Shown here piece after piece: positions 22,384 to 33,011 of a DNA stretch of 37,691 bases (within the stretch, counting starts at the first letter, position 1; the number at the start of each line of letters is the position of its first letter). The stretch comes from Clostridia bacterium (GTDB taxonomy: Bacteria; Bacillota; Clostridia; Oscillospirales; Butyricicoccaceae). The notes under the pieces were generated by a model. It searched no databases and was not told where the DNA came from. It was given only the letters and a program-made list of their open reading frames with translations. The stretch covers positions 1 through 37,691 of the forward strand of contig JAFQKM010000036.1 of the NCBI GenBank assembly GCA_017396925.1. Direction: 5' to 3'. The translations under genes were made by a program, and so were the position numbers.

Positions 22384-23181
22384 TTACTCCTTCAGATCGA
22401 CATTTTTGACATCGGTGATCAGCATATGACCGGGGGCATGGGTGATAACGAAGGGCGGCTTGACATTCATGACAACCGACTGCGGTGTGACGCCGCAGGG
22501 CCAGAAGACGGGAACTTCGCCCTCTTTGATCTCAACAGGGTCGCCGAACTCGGGATGATTGATGTCTTTGATGCCGATGACCGAAGGATCACCGATATGG
22601 ATGGGCGAGCCGTGGACTTTGGGCAGTGCAGCGGTAACGGTGACAGCCTTAACCACCTGATCGTGGGGGATCGGGCGCATGCTGACGACCATCTTGCCGC
22701 TGAACTTGCCGGCAGGAACGGTGTCGATATTGGTGATGTACATGGGAACATTGCAGTTCTGGGTAATGTGGCGGATCTCGATACCGGCATTGATCATCTC
22801 CGATTCAAAGGAGAAGCTGCAGCCAATGAGAAAACAGACCAGATCATCGCGCCAGAACTGGGAAACGTCGGTATATTCGCCGGTCAGTACACCATGTTCA
22901 TATACGCGGTATTTGGGCAGATCGGTGGCGATATCACATCCGGGGGCGATGAAGGGCAGATCGCGGCTGCCGACGTCCGAAACTTCGAGAATGGGACACG
23001 ACTTGGGATTGCGCTGGGTAAACAGCAGAAAATCATAGGCATCTTCCTTGGGCAGAATAACCAGGTTGGCCTGGGCGTAGCCGGCACACATGCCCGATGT
23101 GGGAGAAGTGATTTCGCCTTTGCGGATCAGTTCACGAACGTCACGGGGCGACATTTCTGCATATTTTTCATAATTGTTCAT
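22384..23181 (-). CDS. UPF0317/DUF1445 putative hydro-lyase (D-glutamate-cyclase-like fold)
   Basis: 265 aa with RBS GGAGG. Family-typical stretches are TSGMCAGYAQANLVILP, NPKSCPILE, VSMRPIP and VFWPCGVTPQ. The stop lies 3 nt before the phosphatase start. Confidence 0.8.
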   Translation of the reverse strand: MNNYEKYAEMSPRDVRELIRKGEITSPTSGMCAGYAQANLVILPKEDAYDFLLFTQRNPKSCPILEVSDVGSRDLPFIAPGCDIATDLPKYRVYEHGVLTGEYTDVSQFWRDDLVCFLIGCSFSFESEMINAGIEIRHITQNCNVPMYITNIDTVPAGKFSGKMVVSMRPIPHDQVVKAVTVTAALPKVHGSPIHIGDPSVIGIKDINHPEFGDPVEIKEGEVPVFWPCGVTPQSVVMNVKPPFVITHAPGHMLITDVKNVDLKE

Positions 23182-23220
23182 GATAAAACCTCCGGAAAAT
23201 GATAAAAGAGATTCGAGTTA

Positions 23221-23249
23221 TTGCACTTTCAGTTGGGATAATTTATAAT
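23221..23249 (+). promoter_or_regulatory. candidate pdxK-radC promoter
   Basis: TTGCAC (23221-23226), a 17-nt spacer, then TATAAT (23244-23249). Confidence 0.6.
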
Positions 23250-23332
23250 AGAACTGCGTTTGGTTTATCCAACGAAGCGCTTTATCCTGTTATTATATAA
23301 AATAACACAAAAAGATGAGGTTTACAATCACT

Positions 23333-24169
23333 ATGCAAAAGAAAGTTGCTGCTGTACATGATATATCGGGTTTTGGCCGCTGTGCGCTGACCACAGCCCT
23401 GCCCATCCTTTCGGCCTGCGGTATCCACTGCTGTTCGGTTCCGTCGGCTGTTCTTTCGGCTCATACCGCTTTTAAGGGCGTTACCTTCCGTGATCTGACC
23501 GAAGACCTTGATGCCTTTATCCGCAACTGGGCCTCCATTGGCGTCCGTTTGGATGGCATCTATTCGGGCTATCTTGGATCGGAAAAGCAGATCGAGCAGG
23601 TCCTGCTGTTAAAGGAGCTCTGCGGCAAGGAGGGCTGCCGCCTGATCGTCGACCCAGTCATGGGCGATAACGGCAAGGCCTATGCCATTGTCGGCCACGA
23701 AGGCTTTATTACTGCTATCCGCGAGCTTTGTGCCAAGGCAGATGTTGTCACCCCGAATCTTACCGAATGTGCCCTGCTGCTCGGTATGGAGCCCAATGCT
23801 TATACCGATTCTGTGGAGGCTGCGGAAGATTATATGCGCAGGCTGGCTGCCCGCGGTCCCAGCCAGATCGTTGTTACCGGTCTGACCAAGGATGGTCAGG
23901 TCGGCGCCGGTTATTATGACAAGAACACCGATGAAGTCGGATTTATCTTCCACGAGCACATTCCTGTCTATTATCCCGGCACGGGCGATCTTTTTACTTC
24001 GGTTCTGACTGCACGTCTGTTTGCCGATCAGCCTTATTCACTGCATGATGCTGTCGAGAGCGCAGCTCTCTTTGTTATGGAATGTGCCAAGTATACCAAC
24101 GCCCAGGGAAGCCCCACCATTGAAGGCGTGCAGTTTGAAAAGCAGCTGTATCGTCTGATTCAGGAGTAA
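23333..24169 (+). CDS. pdxK: pyridoxal/pyridoxamine kinase
   Basis: The track ORF starts at 23315. MQKKVAAVHDISGFGRC at 23333 is the family-typical N-terminus. It has the ribokinase-fold motifs VDPVMGDNG and PGTGDLFTS. Confidence 0.82.
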   Translation: MQKKVAAVHDISGFGRCALTTALPILSACGIHCCSVPSAVLSAHTAFKGVTFRDLTEDLDAFIRNWASIGVRLDGIYSGYLGSEKQIEQVLLLKELCGKEGCRLIVDPVMGDNGKAYAIVGHEGFITAIRELCAKADVVTPNLTECALLLGMEPNAYTDSVEAAEDYMRRLAARGPSQIVVTGLTKDGQVGAGYYDKNTDEVGFIFHEHIPVYYPGTGDLFTSVLTARLFADQPYSLHDAVESAALFVMECAKYTNAQGSPTIEGVQFEKQLYRLIQE

Positions 24170-24173
24170 TCAT

Positions 24174-24851
24174 ATGGCAGTACATGATGGACATCGCAAA
24201 CGGATGCTGTCGAAGTTTCTGGAGCACGGAATCGATACTCTGCATTCCCATGAGATGCTTGAGATACTGCTCTATTATGCTATTCCGCGGCGTGATACCA
24301 ATCCGATCGGGCATGCGCTGATCGAGAACTTCGGATCGCTGCGTGCTGTTTTTGATGCGCCTTATGAGGAATTGCTCAAGGTCGATGGCGTCGGTCCCAG
24401 CGCAGCTACACTGATCAAAATGATCCCGCAGATGGCGCGCGCCTATTACAGCGATGTGGGAGAGAATTATATCATTGATTCCAGCCAAGCGGCCGGTAAA
24501 TATCTGATGCCCAAGTATGTCGGCCACACCAACGAAATGGTCATGGTGGTCTGCCTGGACAATAAAAACAAAGTTATCGCCTGTGTGAAAGCGGCGGAAG
24601 GCGTCGTCAATTCCACCGATTTCAGCAAGCGCCGTATTGCCGAGATCGCTATGAAATACAATGCGGCCTCTATTATCATTTCTCACAATCATCCCGGCGG
24701 CGTCGCTCTGCCGTCCCGTGACGATATTGAAAGTACGCGCCGTATTCTTCATTTTCTGAGAGAGATGAACATACCGCTGCTCGATCATATCGTGGTTGCA
24801 GATAAAGATTATGTCTCGATGGCCGAGAGCCATTTGCTGACCGATTATTGA
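24174..24851 (+). CDS. radC: RadC-family JAB-domain protein
   Basis: 225 aa. It has an HhH region LLKVDGVGPSAA and the JAMM-like motif ISHNHPGGVALPSRDD. Confidence 0.87.
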   Translation: MAVHDGHRKRMLSKFLEHGIDTLHSHEMLEILLYYAIPRRDTNPIGHALIENFGSLRAVFDAPYEELLKVDGVGPSAATLIKMIPQMARAYYSDVGENYIIDSSQAAGKYLMPKYVGHTNEMVMVVCLDNKNKVIACVKAAEGVVNSTDFSKRRIAEIAMKYNAASIIISHNHPGGVALPSRDDIESTRRILHFLREMNIPLLDHIVVADKDYVSMAESHLLTDY

Positions 24852-24867
24852 CATTTAAAAGAGAATT

Positions 24868-24908
24868 GCCCCACGGAAGTTTGTATTTCCGTGGGGCTTT
24901 CTTTTTTT
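24868..24908 (+). terminator. intrinsic terminator after radC
   Basis: GCCCCACGGAA (24868-24878), the loop GTTTGTAT, TTCCGTGGGGC (24887-24897), then TTTCTTTTTTT. Confidence 0.88.
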
Positions 24909-24949
24909 AAAGTACATGAAGAAAAACGAACATACATTTGGAAATTGGC

Positions 24950-24978
24950 TGTACATTTAAAAAGTTGGGTGGTATAAT
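24950..24978 (+). promoter_or_regulatory. candidate uvrBA promoter (extended -10)
   Basis: TGTACA (24950-24955), a 17-nt spacer, then TGgTATAAT with the -10 at 24973-24978. Confidence 0.45.
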
Positions 24979-25016
24979 AAGCATCAGAAGAAACCTGTAT
25001 CGAAAGGAGAGATCCG

Positions 25017-27011
25017 ATGGGAGAGTTCAAGCTTTATGCCCCCTATAAGCCGGCCGGCGGTCAGCCGGAAGCCATCGAGGCTCTGGTTAAGGGCGTGGAA
25101 GTCGGCCTGCAGGAACAGACCCTGCTGGGCGTTACCGGTTCGGGCAAAACCTTCGTCATGGCCAATATCATTGCCCAGGCCAAACGGCCCACATTGGTCC
25201 TGACCCACAACAAGACACTGGCGGCGCAGCTCTGTTCCGAGTTCCGTGAGTTTTTCCCCGAGAACGCCGTCGAGTTTTTTGTTTCCTACTACGATTACTA
25301 TCAGCCTGAAGCCTATATCGCTTCAACCGATACCTTCATTGAAAAGGATTCCGATGTCAATGCCGAGCTGGAGCGTCTGCGTCATTCGGCCACATCGGCG
25401 CTTTTTGAGCGCCGCGATGTCATCATTGTTGCATCGGTATCCAGCATTTATTCGCTGGGCGACCCCATCGACTATGCCAGCATGGTCATTTCGCTGCGTG
25501 TCGGTCAGCAGAGAGAGCGTGATGACGTTTGCCGTAAGCTGGTCGAGATCCAGTACGAGCGCAATGACATCAATTTTGAGCGCAACCGTTTCCGCGTCCG
25601 CGGTGACACCATCGAAGTTCGCCCGGTCTATACCGATGATTATGCCATCCGCATCGAGTTTTTCGGCGATGAGATCGACCGTATTTCCGAGATCAATCCC
25701 TTAACGGGCACTGTTAACCGTTATGTCAATCATGTGGCTATCTATCCGGCCTCCCATTATGTCACACCCAAGGACAAGATGGAAGAAGCCCTCAACGAGA
25801 TCGATCGTGAGATGGAAGAGCGTGTCAAATGGTTTGAAGACAACAATAAACTGATCGAGGCGCAGCGTATCCGCCAGCGCACGACCTATGATATGGAAAT
25901 GATGCGCGAGATCGGATTCTGCAGCGGTATTGAAAACTATTCCCGCGTGCTGTCAGGCCGTGCACCGGGCAGTGCGCCGTATACGCTGATGGATTATTTC
26001 CCCAAGGACTATCTGCTTTTTGTCGATGAGTCTCATGTTATGCTGCCACAGGTGCGCGCCATGTTCCATGGCGACCGCGCCCGTAAGGAGCAGCTGATCG
26101 AATACGGCTTCCGCCTGCCTTCGGCATTGGATAACCGACCGCTCAGTTTCGACGAGTTTGAAAAGCGTATCAATCAGGTCATTTATGTCAGTGCCACACC
26201 GGCCGAATACGAGACCACCCGTTCGGGTCAGATCGTCGAGCAGATCATTCGTCCCACCGGTTTGCTGGATCCCGAGATCGAGGTTCGCCCGGTTGAAGGA
26301 CAGATCGATGATCTGATTGCCGAGATCAAGGCCAGGGAAGAGAAGAACCAGCGCGTTCTGGTCACGACCATGACCAAGCGTATGGCCGAGGAACTGACCG
26401 ACTATCTGGCTGAAAGCGACATTAAGGTCCGTTATATGCACCACGATATCGACACCATCGAGCGTATGCAGCTGATCCGGGATCTCCGTCTGGGCGAGTT
26501 TCAGGTGCTGGTCGGCATCAATCTGCTGCGAGAAGGTCTTGACCTGCCCGAAGTTTCGCTGGTTGCCATTCTGGATGCCGACAAGGAAGGCTTCCTGCGC
26601 AGCAAAACCTCGCTGATCCAGACCATCGGTCGTGCCGCCCGAAATGCCGACGGTAAGGTTATTATGTATGGTGACATCATCACACCTTCGATGGAGTATG
26701 CCATCGAAGAAACCAAACGCAGACGCAAGATCCAGGATGACTTCAATAAAGCCAACGGCATTGTACCCAAGACGGTCTTTAAGAGTGTCCGCGATATCAT
26801 CGAGATTTCGCAGGACGGTTCCAAGGTGCCGGAAGCCAGTGCCCGCAAGCTGACCCGTGCCGCCAAGGAGGCCGAGATCCAGAAGCTGGAAAAGACCATG
26901 AAGGAAGCGGCCAAGATGCTGGAGTTCGAATATGCCGCCGTTCTGCGTGACCAGATAAAGGCCATGCGCCAGGAACTGGCCAAAGAAGACCAGAAAAAGA
27001 GGAAAAAATAA
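25017..27011 (+). CDS. uvrB: excinuclease ABC subunit B
   Basis: 664 aa. It has [13 protein letters not shown], a helicase C-domain and the C-terminal UVR motif [19 protein letters not shown]. Confidence 0.97.
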   Translation: MGEFKLYAPYKPAGGQPEAIEALVKGVEVGLQEQTLLGVTGSGKTFVMANIIAQAKRPTLVLTHNKTLAAQLCSEFREFFPENAVEFFVSYYDYYQPEAYIASTDTFIEKDSDVNAELERLRHSATSALFERRDVIIVASVSSIYSLGDPIDYASMVISLRVGQQRERDDVCRKLVEIQYERNDINFERNRFRVRGDTIEVRPVYTDDYAIRIEFFGDEIDRISEINPLTGTVNRYVNHVAIYPASHYVTPKDKMEEALNEIDREMEERVKWFEDNNKLIEAQRIRQRTTYDMEMMREIGFCSGIENYSRVLSGRAPGSAPYTLMDYFPKDYLLFVDESHVMLPQVRAMFHGDRARKEQLIEYGFRLPSALDNRPLSFDEFEKRINQVIYVSATPAEYETTRSGQIVEQIIRPTGLLDPEIEVRPVEGQIDDLIAEIKAREEKNQRVLVTTMTKRMAEELTDYLAESDIKVRYMHHDIDTIERMQLIRDLRLGEFQVLVGINLLREGLDLPEVSLVAILDADKEGFLRSKTSLIQTIGRAARNADGKVIMYGDIITPSMEYAIEETKRRRKIQDDFNKANGIVPKTVFKSVRDIIEISQDGSKVPEASARKLTRAAKEAEIQKLEKTMKEAAKMLEFEYAAVLRDQIKAMRQELAKEDQKKRKK

Positions 27012-27014
27012 ACT

Positions 27015-29846
27015 ATGCGTGACAGTATTTTGATCAAAGGTGCCCGCGTCCATAACCTGAAAAATATCGATGTCGAGATCAAGCGTGACACGCTGACCGT
27101 TGTCACCGGTATTTCGGGTTCCGGTAAAAGCTCGCTGGCGTTTGATACCATTTATGCCGAAGGTCAGCGCCGCTATGTCGAGTCGCTGTCTTCCTATGCC
27201 CGTCAGTTTCTGGGGCAGATGGAAAAGCCCGATGTCGATTCGATCGACGGCCTGTCGCCGGCCATTGCCATTGACCAGAAGACGACTTCCAAAAACCCCC
27301 GCTCAACGGTCGGTACCGTAACCGAGATCTATGACTATCTTCGTCTGTTGTGGGCCCGCATCGGCATCCCGCATTGCCCCAAATGCGGAAAAGAGATCCG
27401 TCAGCAGAGCATCGACCAGATCATCGATCAGCTGATGAGCTATCCCGAAGGCACCCGTATGCAGATCCTGGCGCCGGTCATTCGTGCCCGTAAGGGTGAA
27501 TATCAGAAGATTTTCGAAGATGCCCGTAAGAGCGGCTATGTTCGTGCTCGCGTCGACGGCAGCCTGTATGATCTCAGCGAGACCATCAAGCTGGAAAAGA
27601 ACAAAAAGCACAACATCGAGATCGTTGTCGACCGTATCGTCATCAAGCCGGAGATCCGCAGCCGCCTGACCGGCTCGGTCGAGACGGCTGCCAATCTGGC
27701 AGGCGGCCTTGTCATTGCCGATATGATGGACAAGGGCGAGGTGCTTTTCTCGCAGAATTATGCCTGTGACGATTGCGGCATCTCTATTGAAGAACTGACC
27801 CCCCGTGCCTTTTCGTTTAATAATCCCTATGGCGCCTGCCCGACCTGTTCGGGTCTTGGCATGCGTCTGGAGATCGATCCCGATCTCATTTTCCCCAATA
27901 AGAACCTGTCCATCAATCAGGGCGGTATCAAGGCTGCCGGTTATCAGACCATGGATGAAAACAGCATCGCCCGTATGTATTTCGATGCCCTGAGCAAGAA
28001 ATACGAGCTGGATCTCGATAAGCCCATCAAGGATCTGCCCAAAGAAACCATTGATATGCTGCTTTACGGCAACGGCGGCGAGAAACTGGAGCTTTACTGG
28101 AAGCGTCCCGGCGGAGGCGGCGGTACCTATTATCATGCCTACGAAGGCGTTGTCAACAACATGAAGCGCCGTTACGCCGAGACCAACAGCGAATCGGTCA
28201 AGGAAGAAATCGAAGAATGCATGAGCCAGATCCCCTGCAAAGACTGTAAGGGCCGCCGACTCAATCCTGCCGCACTGGCCGTTACGGTCGGTGGGATCGA
28301 TATCATCAAGTTTACCGAGAAGTCGGTTACAGAGGCGCTGGCCTTTATCGATCTGCTGGAACTCAACGAGAAAGAGCATATGATCGCCGATCGTATCCTC
28401 AAGGAGATCCGCGAGCGTCTGGGCTTCCTGAACAGCGTTGGCCTGGAATATCTGACATTGGCCCGCAGCTCGGGCACTCTTTCGGGCGGCGAGAGCCAGC
28501 GTATCCGTCTGGCCACACAGATTGGCTCCTATCTGATGGGCGTTCTGTATATCCTCGACGAGCCTTCCATCGGCCTGCATCAGCGCGACAATGAAAAACT
28601 GCTGGCCTCCCTTAAGCGCCTGCGCGACCTGGGCAATACGCTGATCGTTGTTGAGCACGATGAAGATACCATGCTGGCCGCCGATCATATTATCGATATC
28701 GGTCCCGGCGCCGGTATTCACGGCGGCAAGGTCATTGCCACCGGTACGGCACAGGAGATCATGAAGAATCCCAATTCGCTCACCGGTCAGTATCTGAGCG
28801 GCGCCAAGCGCATTCCGGTACCTTCGGAGCGACGTCCGGGCAATGGCAATTATCTGGTTGTTAAGGGCGCCAAAGAAAATAACCTTAAAAACATCGATGT
28901 CAAGATCCCGCTTGGCAAGCTGACCTGTGTTACCGGCGTTTCGGGCTCGGGTAAGAGCTCGCTGGTCAACGAGATCATCTATAAACGGTTGGCCGCCGAT
29001 CTCAACGGCGCCCGTATCCGATCGGGTAAGCATAAGGATATGCTGGGCCTTGAGCACCTCGACAAGGTCATCAATATCGATCAGTCGCCCATCGGCCGTA
29101 CGCCGCGTTCCAATCCGGCTACCTATACCGGTGTCTTTGGTGATATACGTGATCTGTTTGCCAAGACTCAGGATGCAAAGGCGAGGGGATACAGCCCCGG
29201 CCGATTCTCCTTTAATGTTCGCGGCGGCCGCTGTGAGGCCTGTGCCGGCGACGGCCTGCTGAAGATCGAAATGCACTTCCTGCCCGATATTTATGTGCCC
29301 TGTGATGTCTGTAAAGGCAAGAAATACAACCGTGAGACGCTGGAAGTCAAATATAAGGGCAAGAGCATCAGCGACGTATTGGAAATGACCGTAGAAGAAG
29401 CGCTGACATTCTTTGAAAATGTCCCCAAGATCCGTCGAAAGCTGCAGACCCTTTATGATGTTGGCCTGTCCTATGTCAAGCTTGGTCAGTCATCGACCAC
29501 ATTGTCGGGCGGCGAAGCCCAGCGCGTTAAGCTGGCAACCGAACTTTCAAGAAGAGCTACCGGCCGTACGGTCTATATCCTCGATGAACCGACCACCGGT
29601 CTCCACGCTGCCGATGTACACAAGCTGATCGAGGTTCTGGATACACTGGCCGATGAAGGCAATACCGTTATTGTTATCGAGCACAATCTGGATGTCATCA
29701 AGGTTGCCGACCATATCATCGACCTTGGTCCCGAGGGCGGCAATCGCGGCGGCACCATTCTGGCGCAGGGAACACCCGAGCAGGTGGCACAGGATCCCAA
29801 CTCCTATACCGGTATGTATCTGAAGAAGCTGCTGGACAGAAAATAA
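27015..29846 (+). CDS. uvrA: excinuclease ABC subunit A
   Basis: 943 aa. It has two ABC modules ([14 protein letters not shown] and [13 protein letters not shown]; LSGGESQR and LSGGEAQR) plus zinc-finger Cys pairs. Confidence 0.97.
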   Translation: MRDSILIKGARVHNLKNIDVEIKRDTLTVVTGISGSGKSSLAFDTIYAEGQRRYVESLSSYARQFLGQMEKPDVDSIDGLSPAIAIDQKTTSKNPRSTVGTVTEIYDYLRLLWARIGIPHCPKCGKEIRQQSIDQIIDQLMSYPEGTRMQILAPVIRARKGEYQKIFEDARKSGYVRARVDGSLYDLSETIKLEKNKKHNIEIVVDRIVIKPEIRSRLTGSVETAANLAGGLVIADMMDKGEVLFSQNYACDDCGISIEELTPRAFSFNNPYGACPTCSGLGMRLEIDPDLIFPNKNLSINQGGIKAAGYQTMDENSIARMYFDALSKKYELDLDKPIKDLPKETIDMLLYGNGGEKLELYWKRPGGGGGTYYHAYEGVVNNMKRRYAETNSESVKEEIEECMSQIPCKDCKGRRLNPAALAVTVGGIDIIKFTEKSVTEALAFIDLLELNEKEHMIADRILKEIRERLGFLNSVGLEYLTLARSSGTLSGGESQRIRLATQIGSYLMGVLYILDEPSIGLHQRDNEKLLASLKRLRDLGNTLIVVEHDEDTMLAADHIIDIGPGAGIHGGKVIATGTAQEIMKNPNSLTGQYLSGAKRIPVPSERRPGNGNYLVVKGAKENNLKNIDVKIPLGKLTCVTGVSGSGKSSLVNEIIYKRLAADLNGARIRSGKHKDMLGLEHLDKVINIDQSPIGRTPRSNPATYTGVFGDIRDLFAKTQDAKARGYSPGRFSFNVRGGRCEACAGDGLLKIEMHFLPDIYVPCDVCKGKKYNRETLEVKYKGKSISDVLEMTVEEALTFFENVPKIRRKLQTLYDVGLSYVKLGQSSTTLSGGEAQRVKLATELSRRATGRTVYILDEPTTGLHAADVHKLIEVLDTLADEGNTVIVIEHNLDVIKVADHIIDLGPEGGNRGGTILAQGTPEQVAQDPNSYTGMYLKKLLDRK

Positions 29847-29857
29847 GCAAACCTATC

Positions 29858-29888
29858 AAAAGGCTGCCTCCTGTGGGGCAGCCTTTTT
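29858..29888 (+). terminator. intrinsic terminator after uvrA
   Basis: AAAGGCTGCC (29858-29867), a loop, GGCAGCCTTT (29877-29886), then a T-run. Confidence 0.85.
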
Positions 29889-29957
29889 CATTTGAAAGCA
29901 GGGGAGAACCAAGGCCGGTCATTTATGTAAAACTTCCATGAAAGACAGAGATATACC

Positions 29958-29986
29958 TTGCAAAATCGACTGTAATAGTTTAAAAT
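29958..29986 (+). promoter_or_regulatory. candidate promoter of the pyrH...polC block
   Basis: TTGCAA (29958-29963), a 17-nt spacer, then TAAAAT (29981-29986). Confidence 0.55.
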
Positions 29987-30031
29987 AGTACCAATGAATG
30001 CATAAATAATATACGTTGGGAGATAGAGATT

Positions 30032-30748
30032 ATGAACAGTCCTAAGTATAAGCGTGTTCTGCTTAAGGTCAGCGGCGAAGCTTTGGCCGGTGAACAGAAG
30101 AGAGGCCTGAACTTTGATATTCTCGATGCCGTTGCAAAGGGCGTCAAGGAATGCGTCGACATGGGTGTCGAGATCGGCATCGTCGTTGGCGGCGGCAATT
30201 TCTGGAGAGGTCAGAAGGATGGCGCCGAGCATATGGAACGTACCCGTGCCGACCATATGGGCATGCTGGCCACCACCATCAACGCTCTGGCTCTGGCCGA
30301 TGTTATGGAAAAGAACGGCCTTGATGTTCGTGTACAGACCGGTATTGATATGGCCAAGATTGCCGAGCCTTATATCCGTCTGAAGGCTATCCGCCATCTG
30401 GAAAAGGGCCGTGTTGTCATCTTCGGCTGCGGCACAGGCAACCCCTTCTTCTCGACCGATACTGCTGCTGCACTGCGTGCAGCCGAGATTTCGGCAGACG
30501 CTATTCTGCTGGCGAAGAATATCGACGGTGTCTATGATTCCGATCCCCGCACCAACCCCGAGGCCAAGAAGTTCGATCATATCAGCTACAAGGAAGTTCT
30601 GTCCCGCGGTCTGGCCGTTATGGACACAACTGCCACAGCTCTGGCTATGGACAATAACAAGCCTGTTCTGGTCTTTGCCATTTCCGATCCCAAGAACATC
30701 AAGCGCGTTCTGATGGGTGAGAATATCGGCACAGTCGTCGAGGCTTAA
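30032..30748 (+). CDS. pyrH: UMP kinase
   Basis: 238 aa with [13 protein letters not shown] and GGGNFWRG. Confidence 0.96.
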   Translation: MNSPKYKRVLLKVSGEALAGEQKRGLNFDILDAVAKGVKECVDMGVEIGIVVGGGNFWRGQKDGAEHMERTRADHMGMLATTINALALADVMEKNGLDVRVQTGIDMAKIAEPYIRLKAIRHLEKGRVVIFGCGTGNPFFSTDTAAALRAAEISADAILLAKNIDGVYDSDPRTNPEAKKFDHISYKEVLSRGLAVMDTTATALAMDNNKPVLVFAISDPKNIKRVLMGENIGTVVEA

Positions 30749-30783
30749 AATAATATTACATAAAATTGGGAGGATTATCCATT

Positions 30784-31338
30784 ATGCATAAGGAATGTGA
30801 AGTTTATACAAGTAAGATGGGCAAGACCATCGATGTTCTGAAGAGCGATTTCGCTACAGTTCGCGCCGGCCGCGCCAACCCCGGTGTTCTCGATAAGCTG
30901 ACTGTCGAGCACTACGGTTCCGCCATGCCCATCAACCAGCTGGCATCCATCAGTGTTCCTGAACCCAGAATGCTGGCTATCCAGCCCTGGGACAAGAGCG
31001 CACTGAAGGCCATCGAGAAGGCAATCATGGCTTCCGATCTGGGCATCAACCCCCAGAACGACGGCAGCGTTATCCGCCTGATCTTCCCCCAGCTGACGGA
31101 GGAACGCAGAAAGGACCTGACAAAGCAGGTTAAGAAGATGGGTGAGGACGCCAAGGTTGCTATCCGTAATATCCGCCGTGATGCTGTTGATACTTTCAAG
31201 AAGCAGCAGAAGAAGAGCGAGATCACAGAGGACGATCTGAAGGTCCTCGAGAAGGAAATCCAGGACGCTACCGATAAGTACTGCAAGGAGATCGACACCG
31301 AAACCTCCAAGAAGGAAAAGGAGCTCATGGAGCTTTAA
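30784..31338 (+). CDS. frr: ribosome recycling factor
   Basis: The track ORF starts at 30766. The ATG at 30784 follows GGGAGGA. It has TVRAGRANPGVLD...V..YG and IRNIRRDA. Confidence 0.95.
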   Translation: MHKECEVYTSKMGKTIDVLKSDFATVRAGRANPGVLDKLTVEHYGSAMPINQLASISVPEPRMLAIQPWDKSALKAIEKAIMASDLGINPQNDGSVIRLIFPQLTEERRKDLTKQVKKMGEDAKVAIRNIRRDAVDTFKKQQKKSEITEDDLKVLEKEIQDATDKYCKEIDTETSKKEKELMEL

Positions 31339-31413
31339 TCCAAAAGAGCAAATGTTTAGATATGAGGCGGTGCCGTTCTGTGCGCCGCCTCATATGCAGT
31401 CATAGGAGAAATA

Positions 31414-32148
31414 ATGACAGAGAATACATATTTTACCCCCGAAGAACTGCAGCATATGCCCAGGCATATCGCCTGCATTATGGATGGGAACGGCCGTTGG
31501 GCCAAAAAGCGCGGTCTGCCCCGTACCGCTGGTCATAAAGAGGGAAGCGAGACCTTCCGCCGTGCCGCCGAGTTTATGTCGGATATCGGTGTAGAGTATT
31601 TTACCGTCTATGCATTCTCGACCGAAAACTGGAAACGTCCTGCCGAAGAGGTTTCGGTTATTATGGGTCTGTTGGAAAAGTATCTGCGCGAAGCCATTTC
31701 CAGCATGGTCGAGAAGAATATTCGCCTTAACTTTTTTGGCGATGTTTCCGTTCTGCCTAAAAAAATGCAGAAGCTGATTGCCGAAACCACCGAGCTTTCC
31801 CGCAAATGCAGCGGACTGACCGTCAATGTCTGCCTCAATTACGGCGGACGTCAGGAAATCGCACGGGCGGCACGCATGGCTGCCGAGCGTGTGCAGGCAG
31901 GGGAGATCAAAGCCGAAGAGATCACCCATGAATATCTCTGCGGTCTGATGTATTCGGCCGATATGCCCGATCCCGATCTGATCATCCGTCCGGGTGGGGA
32001 ACTGCGTGTTTCTAACTTCCTGCTGTGGCAGAGCGCCTACAGCGAATATTACTTTACAGATAAGCTGTGGCCCGATATGGATGCCCCGGCTTTTGCCGAA
32101 GCCATCCGTGCTTTCTGGCATAGAAACAGACGTTTTGGAGGACTTTAA
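31414..32148 (+). CDS. uppS: isoprenyl transferase (undecaprenyl-diphosphate synthase)
   Basis: 244 aa with HIACIMDGNGRWA, and RPGGELRVSNFLLWQSAYSE. Confidence 0.95.
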   Translation: MTENTYFTPEELQHMPRHIACIMDGNGRWAKKRGLPRTAGHKEGSETFRRAAEFMSDIGVEYFTVYAFSTENWKRPAEEVSVIMGLLEKYLREAISSMVEKNIRLNFFGDVSVLPKKMQKLIAETTELSRKCSGLTVNVCLNYGGRQEIARAARMAAERVQAGEIKAEEITHEYLCGLMYSADMPDPDLIIRPGGELRVSNFLLWQSAYSEYYFTDKLWPDMDAPAFAEAIRAFWHRNRRFGGL

Positions 32149-32151
32149 TCT

Positions 32152-32970
32152 ATGGGTATCCGTCTTGTAACCAGCATTGTCGGCGTAGCGCTGCTGGTCG
32201 CCATTCTGTATTTCCTGCCCACCTGGGTGCTGGGCATCACATTCTGCGCCCTGTCGGCCATTTCGGCCTACGAACTGCTGGGCAACACCGGCAAGCTTAA
32301 GGGACATCCGCTGCTGTGGGTCTGTGTAATTGCCGCCGGCCTGGTTCCTTACTGCACAGCCTATCATCCTTTCAAAGGCGCCGAGCTTCTGGTGCTCTTC
32401 GGCTTTGGCTTTGTTGCTTTTGTCATGGGTATTTTCGATTATCAGCGTGTTACATTTGAAAAGCTGGCCATGGCTTTCATGGGCGCCTTTGTTCTGCCTT
32501 ACTTCATGGCAAGCCTGATGCGCATTTATATGAGTGCAGGTGAGCTGGGCAAGTATTATGTCCTGATGCCCTGCATCGCGGCCTGGGGCAGCGACATTAT
32601 GGCGTATGTTACTGGCCGTCTGTGCGGCAAGCACAAGCTGGCACCTCATGTCAGCCCCAAGAAGACCATTGAAGGTGCAATCGGCGGTCTGCTGGGCGCT
32701 GCTGTCGGTCTGTGCATTTTCGGCACAGTGATGAACAATAATTATGGCGTCGGTCTGTCGATGGTTACCCTGTTTATCAGCGGTATTCTCGGCGGTGCAG
32801 CCGGTCAGCTTGGCGACCTGTCCATGTCTTTGATCAAGCGTAATGTCGGCATCAAGGACTATGGCAAGCTGTTTCCCGGTCACGGCGGCGTGCTCGACCG
32901 TTTCGACAGCATTCTGTTTACCGCACCTATCTTTGAATTGTATCTGATCGCCACACAGATCATCAAATAA
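32152..32970 (+). CDS. cdsA: phosphatidate cytidylyltransferase
   Basis: 272 aa and polytopic. The signature is SLIKRNVGIKDYGKLFPGHGGVLDRFDS. Confidence 0.92.
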   Translation: MGIRLVTSIVGVALLVAILYFLPTWVLGITFCALSAISAYELLGNTGKLKGHPLLWVCVIAAGLVPYCTAYHPFKGAELLVLFGFGFVAFVMGIFDYQRVTFEKLAMAFMGAFVLPYFMASLMRIYMSAGELGKYYVLMPCIAAWGSDIMAYVTGRLCGKHKLAPHVSPKKTIEGAIGGLLGAAVGLCIFGTVMNNNYGVGLSMVTLFISGILGGAAGQLGDLSMSLIKRNVGIKDYGKLFPGHGGVLDRFDSILFTAPIFELYLIATQIIK

Positions 32971-33011
32971 TATCCGCAACCATCCACGCACCGAAAGGAG
33001 CGAGCATAAAC

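Noticed and set aside
25953-29276. Minus-strand ORFs 25953-27053, 26501-27151 and 27303-29276 (657 aa)
   Set aside because: They are antisense to uvrB and uvrA.
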